Shown here piece after piece: positions 27,955-36,196 of a DNA stretch of 64,000 nt. The stretch lies in contig DATDTM010000047.1 of NCBI GenBank assembly GCA_035290865.1, positions 14,127-78,126 of the forward strand, written 5' to 3'. Every line of letters starts with the position of its first letter. Positions within the stretch are counted from its first letter, which is position 1. The notes under the pieces were generated by a model that saw nothing but the letters and a program-made list of their open reading frames with translations, was not told the origin of the DNA and did not search any database. Origin of the DNA: Candidatus Nanoarchaeia archaeon (GTDB lineage Archaea > Nanobdellota > Nanobdellia > Woesearchaeales > GW2011-AR9). The position numbers were made by a program, and so were the translations under genes.

Positions 27955-28326
27955 ATGAGCCTATTAGACAAATTAAAGTTTTGGAAAAAAGAGGATGAAT
28001 TCGATTTTGATTTCGATAAGAAAGTAGACCATGAAATGGGCAAGACTGGCACTCAGGATTTAGGGTTAGGCCATCCCGGAGAAAAATCTTTCTTTGATGA
28101 ACATACTGAAACCAAGCCTTTCGGCTCAGAAGAACCCTCTTCCGGACTTGCTGCCTTTCAGGCTGCCCGTACAGGTGCTTCCACCAGCAATGGAGGAAAC
28201 CGAGACTTAGAATTAATCAATAGTAAATTAGATACCATTAAAGCCATCTTAAATTCGCTGGATCAAAGAATGGCTAGCTTAGAACGTTCTTCTGCTGGCG
28301 GAAAGAAAGAAGAGAAATTATGGTAA
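27955..28326 (+). CDS. hypothetical protein with disordered acidic N-terminus and C-terminal coiled coil
   Basis: ORF only; low-complexity. Confidence 0.35.
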   Translation: MSLLDKLKFWKKEDEFDFDFDKKVDHEMGKTGTQDLGLGHPGEKSFFDEHTETKPFGSEEPSSGLAAFQAARTGASTSNGGNRDLELINSKLDTIKAILNSLDQRMASLERSSAGGKKEEKLW

Positions 28327-28784
28327 AAGCCGAATCTTTGCTGGAGAGATCGATGAAACTCAAAAAAGAATTGATTTTCTCTTTGATTGCTTTCTTAGTG
28401 GTTCTTTCCGACCAATTAACTAAATATTTTATTCTAAAAAACAATCCCCAGATAAACTTAAATGTCCTAGAGATAACCTTAATCAAAAATACCGGGGCCG
28501 GATTTGGTATCCTCCAAGATCAGACTTTTTTGCTGGGGATAGTTTCGCTAATTGTCGCTTTACTGATTATAATTTATTATCATAAAATTCCAAAAGATAG
28601 TTTTTCCCAGCTATTATTCGCTTTATTTCTGGGCGGAGTTATCGGCAATCTGATCGATCGGCTATTTCGGGGCTATGTCATCGATTTCATTAATTTCGGT
28701 TTCTGGCCGGCATTTAACCTTGCTGATGCAGTTTTGACGGTTTCGATAATTGGATTGATGGTCTATTATTGGAGGAAAGATTAA
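28320..28784 (+). CDS. lspA: lipoprotein signal peptidase (signal peptidase II) homolog
   Basis: Four TM helices; IKNTGAGFGIL (N-T-G-A-A-F box) and FNLADAVLTVS (the conserved N..D box) match SPase II family signatures. Confidence 0.7.
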   Translation: MVKAESLLERSMKLKKELIFSLIAFLVVLSDQLTKYFILKNNPQINLNVLEITLIKNTGAGFGILQDQTFLLGIVSLIVALLIIIYYHKIPKDSFSQLLFALFLGGVIGNLIDRLFRGYVIDFINFGFWPAFNLADAVLTVSIIGLMVYYWRKD

Positions 28785-29465
28785 TTGAAAAGAGGAAAAG
28801 CAAAAGTGAACCATAAATTATTACTCACTTCCGCAGGAATAGTTCCCGAAATAAGGGATAATTTCCTGGCGCTTCTAACCAAAAAACCAGCTGAAACTAA
28901 AGTTGCTTTTATCACCACTGCTGCTTATGGAGAATCAAGTAATCCTACTTGGATGGAAAAAGATCGAGAATTACTTCAAAACTGCGGAATAACAGAGATT
29001 GAAGATTTAGACTTAAAAGATAAAACACAAAAAGAGTTAAAAAATATTCTGGCAGATAAAGATATAATTTATGTCAACGGAGGCAATACTTTTTATCTGC
29101 TTTATTGGGTCAGGAAAAGTGATTTTGGCCCGGTACTCGCTGACTTTCTAGGAAAAAGCGGTCTTTATGTGGGTGTAAGCGCAGGCAGTTATATCGCCTG
29201 TCCTACTATTGAGCAAGCGACTTGGAAACATCAAGATCGCAATAGAATAAAAATTACTGATTTTACCGCTTTAAATCTGGTTCCGTTTTTAATCACTGCT
29301 CATTTCGAAGAGAAATACAGACCGATTGTCGATCAAGCAGCAAAAAGAACGCAATATCCTATTGTCGCTCTTACTAATACTCAGGCAATATTAGTAAAAA
29401 ATAAGAGTATAACCTTTACTGGCCCAGGCAAAAAAGAATGTTGGAATGGATTTAAAGAAAGGTAA
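28785..29465 (+). CDS. peptidase S51 (dipeptidase E)-like protein
   Basis: ~226 aa; GVSAGSYIA matches the Ser-nucleophile elbow of family S51 in a class-I glutamine-amidotransferase-like fold. Confidence 0.55.
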   Translation: MKRGKAKVNHKLLLTSAGIVPEIRDNFLALLTKKPAETKVAFITTAAYGESSNPTWMEKDRELLQNCGITEIEDLDLKDKTQKELKNILADKDIIYVNGGNTFYLLYWVRKSDFGPVLADFLGKSGLYVGVSAGSYIACPTIEQATWKHQDRNRIKITDFTALNLVPFLITAHFEEKYRPIVDQAAKRTQYPIVALTNTQAILVKNKSITFTGPGKKECWNGFKER

Positions 29466-29647
29466 GAAAAATATAAATTAAATCTTCAATATACTGTCAA
29501 AATGCTCGCGACCACCACCGGTCAGAGACCGGTGACATGCTCGCCCTTCGAGCTCGGGTCGCTCACATCATAAGAGCTGAGCATTTTGACTTAGGAATGT
29601 AACTGGTGTTTAAACCACTGGTGAAAACACCAGTGGAATGACTTTAT

Positions 29648-30310
29648 TTAATTCACGCACCCATGCTTCTTATAGCCTTTTTTCTGGGCTTCGTTTTTGT
29701 CCTTGAACCAGACTCTTCTATTGGCAGAAATCTTCTTGGCCCATTCACATCTGGGCTCATGATAGGTATTGCTCATATTGCTGGCCACGTATTTCCCAGG
29801 ATTGAATCTCGCACTTAATTTAGCGTTTTTCTTCACTGCCTCAAGTGGCTCTTCTTTATCCACTGCGAATTCCTCATCAGGAAGATCAAACACTTCGCTG
29901 TGCGGTTCGTCAATAATTGTGGCTGGTTTCGGTTTCAAAGGCAGCTTAATTTTGCTTTTTTTATTCTTTTTATCTTCACCTGAACCCGCTGATAATCCAG
30001 ATATCGTTAATACAAAACCAAGTAAGCCTAAAAACAAAGAGAAAAAGGACAGATTTCCATTAAATCTCCAGACTAACATTACATTGATTAGATACATAAT
30101 AAACACAAAAAACAAGACTCTCTCTCCCCAAGATTCTTTATAGCCGATAAAGCCGATTAAAGTTAGGATTAATAAGAATAAGAACCCTAATAATTCCAGC
30201 ATGAAAAATTTTCCTGAACCATCCACAAAAATCCTGATTAAGCTGAAAAAGACTAAAACCAATACGATTGCATATAATCCCAATTTGAACTTACTCTTTT
30301 CTTCTGCCAT
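29648..30310 (-). CDS. multi-TM membrane protein with C-terminal Ada-like zinc-ribbon
   Basis: Five to six TM helices, then YHEPRCEWAKKISANRRVWFKDKNEAQKKGYKKHGCVN resembling Ada_Zn_binding (C...R.V.F......A...G...C). Confidence 0.4.
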   Translation of the reverse strand: MAEEKSKFKLGLYAIVLVLVFFSLIRIFVDGSGKFFMLELLGFLFLLILTLIGFIGYKESWGERVLFFVFIMYLINVMLVWRFNGNLSFFSLFLGLLGFVLTISGLSAGSGEDKKNKKSKIKLPLKPKPATIIDEPHSEVFDLPDEEFAVDKEEPLEAVKKNAKLSARFNPGKYVASNMSNTYHEPRCEWAKKISANRRVWFKDKNEAQKKGYKKHGCVN

Positions 30311-30424
30311 GAAGGAGTCAAAGTAAAAAAAGAGTTATAAGCATTTCTGTGCTTGATTGGTTATGATTAGAAATAAACATTCAGAACAATAAAAGATTTA
30401 TTTAAAATTAAGTCCAGTTAACGA

Positions 30425-30742
30425 TTAAAACTCATCCTGGATATTCTGCAGATACCCCTTTTTCTTCAAGAATTCTACTTCAGTTTTGCTTCTGTACTTA
30501 TAGACTACATCTCCTTTCTCATCCCCGCCTAATTCCCAGGGTTCAACTAAAACTACGTCTCCATCCCGCACCCATAATTCTCTTCTTAACCTTCCTGGAA
30601 TGCGACAGATCCTCTCTTTCCCATCCAGACAGAGAACTCTCATCCTGCTTCCGCCCAGCCTTTGCTGTACCACCCCTAAAACCTCTTTTCCGATGGGCAA
30701 TCTAACTCTGATTAAAGGTTGTTCAGGTAAGGGTTGTGCCAT
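30425..30742 (-). CDS. eif1a: translation initiation factor aIF-1A
   Basis: IRVRLPIGKEVLGVVQQRLGGSRMRVLCLDGKERICRIPGRLRRELWVRDGDVVLVEPWE: S1/OB fold of eIF1A, near-identical to the family consensus. Confidence 0.85.
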   Translation of the reverse strand: MAQPLPEQPLIRVRLPIGKEVLGVVQQRLGGSRMRVLCLDGKERICRIPGRLRRELWVRDGDVVLVEPWELGGDEKGDVVYKYRSKTEVEFLKKKGYLQNIQDEF

Positions 30743-30801
30743 TATAATAATCTAATTTTAAAGGATATTTATAAACGTTTGTCCCCAATTGGTCTCAAAA
30801 G

Positions 30802-30810
30802 TTATTTAAA
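30802..30810 (+). promoter_or_regulatory. candidate TATA box (ttatttaaa) 26-34 nt upstream of the cbf5 start
   Basis: AT-rich TATA-like element at archaeal promoter spacing. Confidence 0.3.
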
Positions 30811-30835
30811 GTAAGCAAAGTAATTCCTCAGAATT

Positions 30836-33298
30836 ATGTCCACTACTCAAAAACAAATCTTCACTAAAAAAGAATCTCTAGGCATTTTTGGCAAGGACCC
30901 GCAGGAAAGAACCACCGAAGAATTAATCAATTATGGAATCGTTAATATTGATAAGCCTAAAGGCCCCACTTCCCACCAAGTAAGCGCTTATCTCCAGAAA
31001 ATTCTAGGGATAGAAAAAGCCGGCCATTCCGGAACTTTGGATCCCGGAGTTACCGGAGTCCAGCCTATTGCTCTAGGCAAAGCTACCAGAATTACCGAAT
31101 TTTTTCTTACTGCCCCTAAAGAATATATTGCTTTAATGCACCTGCACCGAGATTTCGAAGAGGAAAAAATAAAAGAAACTTTCCAAAAGCTTATCGGAAA
31201 AATATCCCAGCTTCCTCCGCTTAAATCCGCAGTAAAAAGGCAATTAAGGACCAGAGAGATTTACGAAACAGAAATTTTAGAGATTAAAGGTAGGGACATC
31301 TTATTCAGAATACGCTGCCAGGCAGGAACTTATATCAGAAAATTCTGTTTACATCCTCAAACAAATATTTTAACTAATAAAGGCTCTTTAAGTGCTTCGG
31401 ATTTTTTTTCTGATCATCCAAATGTATATTCATACCATTTAGGCAAGATGATTGAAAAAAAACCTTCCGCAACTCAAAAAATCTTTTCTCCTAAAAAACT
31501 AATTAAAATTACCCTCTCTTCCGGAATAAGCTTTATGGTTACTCCAGATCATGAAATGTTAACTTCACAAAAAGAAGGTTGTAAAATGATAGATGCGAAG
31601 ACACTTAGAAAAGGAGATTTTCTCGTTAAAAGCCTCTTTTTTCCTAGCATCTCAAAAGAGTATGTAATTGCAGACTTGTTGGACGATAATTATCTAATCC
31701 AACAAGAAGAGATTAAAGAACAGTGTAAACAAGCATTTATCTCCAAATATGGAAGTATTCGGGCAATGTATCGTAATCTAAAACTAGATAGAAAAGCATT
31801 CTTAGCCAAAGCAAGTTCTGCCATAACGATTCGGCACTTAAAACTAGCGGGAATATATGAAAAAGTTAAGAAGAATATTCACATTTTTAAAACGCACAAA
31901 GGTAACCTTATTGAGATGAAAGAATTTAAAGAAGACTTTTTCTATCTATTGGGTTTAATTGCTTCTGATGGAAACAACACCAAAGAGAAAAGAACAGATC
32001 GTTATACTAGAATAAAATTTCATAACAACGAGGAAAGATTGATTGATAATTTTTTAGGTGCATATCAAAAAATATTTCCTTCCATCCCTATATCTAAAAA
32101 AAAAGTAACAGATAAGCTGTGGCAGTTGGATTCATCAAATAGTTTCTTAGCCACCATAGCCGCTTCATTAGGTATTAAGAGTCCCCAGAAAGAATCCTCG
32201 TTGTCACCGATTATAAACTTAAAAGATAATTTTATCAAATCTTTTTTACGCGGGTATTTTGATGGAGACGGCTCAATATATCATAAAAAGACTACTACCA
32301 ATGATAAGAGCAAAATTTGTATCCATACCATCAACCATACTGATGCAACAAATCTACATAAAATGTTATTAAAGGTAGGAATTCAAAATAAAATATTTAA
32401 AAGAAAGCATCATTCTAATATCATTAAAAAAACAAGTACAATATACGATGTAACAATCGGGAATATTCCCGCAGAGAAAAAATTTATCATCGAAATTGGA
32501 ACAACCCATCCTAAAAAAGCTGAAAAATTTAAAGAGGTATTAAGCTTAAATTATCAAGCTGAACCCGAGGATTATCTTTATATTGGTTTTCATTACAAAG
32601 AAGAGATTAGAAAAAATAGATCAAAACTGCACCAAATGGGCGGAAACCTTTTTCGAGTTCTAAATACCAACACACCGATTACTCGAGCATTCTATAGAAA
32701 AGCTTCAAAGATAGTAAACTTGCCTCAGTTAGACGAATTTGTCATAGAAAAAATTAAATCTGTAGAAAAAGTATCCAAATGTGAATTTGTGTATGACCTT
32801 ACTGTTCCTGAAACCCACAATTTTCTTATCGAAACCGGTTTTGTCTCTTCTAACTGCCATGATTTCGGCTTGGCTTTAGATACTGGAGCGCATATGATAG
32901 AACTAAGAAGGATCATGGCTGGGCCCATGACTGAAAAAGATAATCTGGTTAGCTTAAACGATTTGAGTGATGCCTATCATTTCTATAAAGAAGAAAATAA
33001 TGATAAATTCTTGCGTTATTGCATCCAGCCGATAGAGGAAGCTCTGAAATTCATGCCTAAATGCTGGGTTTTAGATAATAGCATCCAAAGCTTGACTCAT
33101 GGAAGGGATTTAGCCATTCCCGGAATCAGTAAATTAGAGAACTTTCCTAAAGGCAGTTTAGTTGCTATTCTTACCCTAAAAGGAGAGTTAATCGCGGTAG
33201 GGGAAGCTTTGATGTCTGCAGTAGAGATTAATACCCAGCAGAACGGCCTGGCTCTGAAATTAAAAAAAGTGTTCATGGAAGCGATAGAATCAATATAG
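30836..33298 (+). CDS. cbf5: H/ACA RNP pseudouridine synthase Cbf5 (TruB family, PUA domain) interrupted by an intein
   Basis: N-extein ...GHSGTLDPGVTG...CQAGTYIRKF, then intein CLHPQT...GFVSSN, then extein CHDFGLALDTGAHMIELRRIMAGPM (Cbf5 consensus AGTYIRSLCHDIG...GAHM.ELRR); C-terminal PUA domain. Exteins total ~317 aa. Confidence 0.85.
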   Translation: MSTTQKQIFTKKESLGIFGKDPQERTTEELINYGIVNIDKPKGPTSHQVSAYLQKILGIEKAGHSGTLDPGVTGVQPIALGKATRITEFFLTAPKEYIALMHLHRDFEEEKIKETFQKLIGKISQLPPLKSAVKRQLRTREIYETEILEIKGRDILFRIRCQAGTYIRKFCLHPQTNILTNKGSLSASDFFSDHPNVYSYHLGKMIEKKPSATQKIFSPKKLIKITLSSGISFMVTPDHEMLTSQKEGCKMIDAKTLRKGDFLVKSLFFPSISKEYVIADLLDDNYLIQQEEIKEQCKQAFISKYGSIRAMYRNLKLDRKAFLAKASSAITIRHLKLAGIYEKVKKNIHIFKTHKGNLIEMKEFKEDFFYLLGLIASDGNNTKEKRTDRYTRIKFHNNEERLIDNFLGAYQKIFPSIPISKKKVTDKLWQLDSSNSFLATIAASLGIKSPQKESSLSPIINLKDNFIKSFLRGYFDGDGSIYHKKTTTNDKSKICIHTINHTDATNLHKMLLKVGIQNKIFKRKHHSNIIKKTSTIYDVTIGNIPAEKKFIIEIGTTHPKKAEKFKEVLSLNYQAEPEDYLYIGFHYKEEIRKNRSKLHQMGGNLFRVLNTNTPITRAFYRKASKIVNLPQLDEFVIEKIKSVEKVSKCEFVYDLTVPETHNFLIETGFVSSNCHDFGLALDTGAHMIELRRIMAGPMTEKDNLVSLNDLSDAYHFYKEENNDKFLRYCIQPIEEALKFMPKCWVLDNSIQSLTHGRDLAIPGISKLENFPKGSLVAILTLKGELIAVGEALMSAVEINTQQNGLALKLKKVFMEAIESI
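31346..32854 (+). mobile_element. intein (~503 aa) with LAGLIDADG homing endonuclease inside the Cbf5 catalytic region
   Basis: Begins with Cys (tgt at 31346), ends ...SSN (aac at 32852-32854) followed by Cys; blocks FYLLGLIASDGNN and FLRGYFDGDGSIY; ETHNFLIETGF terminal block. Confidence 0.75.
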
Positions 33299-33316
33299 GC
33301 CATTAAATGGAATAAA

Positions 33317-33628
33317 TTACTTTATTCTTTTCATCTCTGCTCTTAACTCACTGAACATAGTGCGTTTAAATCTTTTGAAATCTTTTTTTTCCATCTGGTC
33401 TATAATCTCTTTCTCTCTCATCATCCGGATTAAGTCTGGAGTTAATCTCTCTGCTTCTTCGAATTTTCCCTGATTAACTAGGACTTCAATCTTTCCCACT
33501 ACTGCTTCCAGTGGATCTATTCTTCTCTTCTCTCCAGCTAAGAATCTTCTCAGATGGTCTAAAGCCGCCAGCTCTTTCTTCTTCCTTCTCTCTGCTGACC
33601 AATTCTGGTACCAATCCATAAATCCCAT
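33317..33628 (-). CDS. small charged coiled-coil protein, hypothetical
   Basis: ORF only. Confidence 0.35.
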   Translation of the reverse strand: MGFMDWYQNWSAERRKKKELAALDHLRRFLAGEKRRIDPLEAVVGKIEVLVNQGKFEEAERLTPDLIRMMREKEIIDQMEKKDFKRFKRTMFSELRAEMKRIK

Positions 33629-33689
33629 TTTAAGTTAGGGAAATATGATTAAGATTTATAAGAATTTCTATCTTCACCTTAATATATCC

Positions 33690-34286
33690 TCAATTCAGCT
33701 CAATCACCATCCCTTCCCAGCCGGGATTGATCACCTTAGTTTCCCCAATATTGTCAACTATTCCTGCCGCCTCGTGAATATGCCCGCAGATGACTATTTT
33801 AGGTTTGATCCGCTCAATAAACCTTCGGATATCCATATTGCCCACTTGTTTCTTTTCCAGGAGATCTAATTTTGTGCCGAAGGGCGGACCGTGAGTGATT
33901 AAAATAGTTTTATTATCTTGATACGAGCCGTACCAATCGCGGGAAATTTTCCTGAACACCGGGTCCTCCAAAGTAAACCCGCTTGCACCGTATCCTAAGA
34001 AAATATAGTTCTGCTTCTTGAGCGATTTCCCGTTAAGATTAATGCAATTTGAATAATCTTTCAGTACTGCATTAAGCATCTCATCATTTTCATGATTTCC
34101 GGGAATAAAATAAAACCATTTCCCTAAATCATTAAACTTTTTCAAAAAATAACGCAAATTTCTGCCGAAAACGGTTAGGTCTCCGGCACAAACTATAAAA
34201 TCAATATCTGGCTGGGATGCACGCAGAACTAGCTGGTCCAGATATTTCAGATTTTCATGAAGGTCCACAAAAGCCAAAAACTTCAT
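33690..34286 (-). CDS. calcineurin-like metallophosphoesterase
   Basis: D-x-H ... GDLTVFG ... GNHEN ... H ... GHIHE motifs in canonical order. Confidence 0.7.
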   Translation of the reverse strand: MKFLAFVDLHENLKYLDQLVLRASQPDIDFIVCAGDLTVFGRNLRYFLKKFNDLGKWFYFIPGNHENDEMLNAVLKDYSNCINLNGKSLKKQNYIFLGYGASGFTLEDPVFRKISRDWYGSYQDNKTILITHGPPFGTKLDLLEKKQVGNMDIRRFIERIKPKIVICGHIHEAAGIVDNIGETKVINPGWEGMVIELN

Positions 34287-34298
34287 CTTAAAGAATAA

Positions 34299-35069
34299 TT
34301 ACTGAACTTCTTCTGCAACCGGTTCGGCAGGCTCTTCAGCAGCAGCTTTTTTTTTAGCTGCTTTAGGCTCTTCTTTTGGTTCTTCTTTTGCTTTTTCTTC
34401 AGAGACTGCTCCTTCGGCTTTCTTTGGCTCAGGAGCTGGGGTAATCGTCCTATCTTCTACGATTACTTCTTCTTTAGCCAAACCATTTTCCTGCACGATG
34501 ATAGCTTTTACCGCTACCTCTCTCAGAGGATAGATTTTCTTCAGCCTGCTTCTAGCTTCGTTCAATATTTTGCGATTAACTAAATTAGAGATAAAAGTGC
34601 CCAAATCTGTTTTCTTCAGCTCCGCATCTAAAAATTCTTTAAACTCTTTCTTTAATCTGGACTGAACTGAACGTTGAGCCTGATTAGAAACAATTAACAT
34701 GCTTTTAATGATAACGGTCTTATTTCCATGAGTCTTTCCAGTAAATACTTCTTCTAATCTGCTGGTTCCCGTTCGGACCATTCTTTTCTGGTAAGCTAAA
34801 GCTAAGGCATAATTAACAATAGTAGTTTTCAATAAATTTCCTTCCGAAGAGGTAATTTGTAGGCCAAGGTAAGCATTTTGATCTTTAACGTTTCCGGTAA
34901 GATCTTTCAGATTAACTTTTAATTTCCGGCCTATAGCGCTTTCCGCGTTGGTTAGGTAAGATTCGCCCACTTCTCTGTTACCGAATATTTTCGGAGAGAT
35001 GATTTTAAACCATAATTTCTTTTTAACTTTGATCCTGCTGACTTTTTTTACTTCTGTTTTTTCTGCCAT
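34299..35069 (-). CDS. rps3ae: 30S ribosomal protein S3Ae (eS1)
   Basis: VKKKLWFKIISPKIFGNREVGESY matches the S3Ae N-terminal signature (KKWY.I.APK.FG); Lys/Ala/Glu-rich C-terminal tail. Confidence 0.8.
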   Translation of the reverse strand: MAEKTEVKKVSRIKVKKKLWFKIISPKIFGNREVGESYLTNAESAIGRKLKVNLKDLTGNVKDQNAYLGLQITSSEGNLLKTTIVNYALALAYQKRMVRTGTSRLEEVFTGKTHGNKTVIIKSMLIVSNQAQRSVQSRLKKEFKEFLDAELKKTDLGTFISNLVNRKILNEARSRLKKIYPLREVAVKAIIVQENGLAKEEVIVEDRTITPAPEPKKAEGAVSEEKAKEEPKEEPKAAKKKAAAEEPAEPVAEEVQ

Positions 35070-35197
35070 TTGATTCTAACCTCAGATTTATATAGATACC
35101 CGAACTTGATTCTAAATCAGAAGGTTATTTAAAAAGGTTTGGGATAATTATTAGTATTAGCGAAAGAAAAATAAATTAGTGGGAATTTAAGCAAAAT

Positions 35198-36196
35198 ATG
35201 CCCCCCAAGCCATTATTAGGAATTAGTTATTATGGGTCTTATCATAAAGATAATATTATTCGAGACCTCCATGAAATTTCTGCTCTCGGTTTTAAAGTTT
35301 TAGTCTTAGCAGTCTCGGAAAATGATTGGAACAATTTTCGGGAAGTAGTTAAATTTACTGCTGCTTACGCTAAAAGCCTGGGATTAGAAGTAATTATTGA
35401 TCTCTGGGGCTTTGCCGGCTGTTTCGGAGGGGAGGCAGGTTCACTTTTTCTCACTAACTATCCTGAAATGCGGCAAACTTTGAATACCGGTGAAAAAGTT
35501 CCCCTGGCCTGCCTTAATCATCTTCGATTAAAAGAATTTTTAAAAACCATCCTCTTAGAAATGTCTACTCAATTAAATCCAGATGGTTTCTTTCTTGATG
35601 AACCGCATTTCTTTTATAACCCCCCACAGGATAAAAAAGCTTGTTTTTGTCAAACTTGCCTCGCCCTCGCTCAAAAAAACAAGTTAGATCTTTCCAACGA
35701 AGAGGATTTAGCTCAACATAAAAATCAAAGCTTAATCTCATTTTGTAAAGAACTATTAGAATGGATTAAAACTAATTCTCCGCAATTGAAGACTATTATT
35801 TGCATATTCCCTACCCAGAGAGATAAAGCCTACCAAAAAAAGGATTTAGTCCTCTTATCTTCATTGGACGTACTTGCAACCGATCCTTACTGGCAAGTGC
35901 CTTGCTGGAAAGACCTTTTTGAAGTAAAAGAAGATTTTGTCTCTAATACCACCAAAGAACTGATCCAATTAACTTCAGCAGAAAATAAGCAGTCAGAGGT
36001 CTGGATTCAGGCTTTTGCCATCAGAAGAGGAGAAGAAGAAAAAATAAATAAGTATTTTAGGGAAGTATATTCATTAAAGCCTGATCGGATCATGTTCTGG
36101 ACTTACCGCTGCGGCTGGGGAAGTATAGCCAGCTCTGAAGATGCAGAGGCCTGCTGGGAGATGATTAAGAAAGAGATGAAAGAATTAGCCAAATAA
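35198..36196 (+). CDS. hypothetical protein, possibly a TIM-barrel glycoside-hydrolase-like enzyme
   Basis: Alternating beta/alpha pattern with acidic residues at predicted strand ends; no firm family match. Confidence 0.35.
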   Translation: MPPKPLLGISYYGSYHKDNIIRDLHEISALGFKVLVLAVSENDWNNFREVVKFTAAYAKSLGLEVIIDLWGFAGCFGGEAGSLFLTNYPEMRQTLNTGEKVPLACLNHLRLKEFLKTILLEMSTQLNPDGFFLDEPHFFYNPPQDKKACFCQTCLALAQKNKLDLSNEEDLAQHKNQSLISFCKELLEWIKTNSPQLKTIICIFPTQRDKAYQKKDLVLLSSLDVLATDPYWQVPCWKDLFEVKEDFVSNTTKELIQLTSAENKQSEVWIQAFAIRRGEEEKINKYFREVYSLKPDRIMFWTYRCGWGSIASSEDAEACWEMIKKEMKELAK

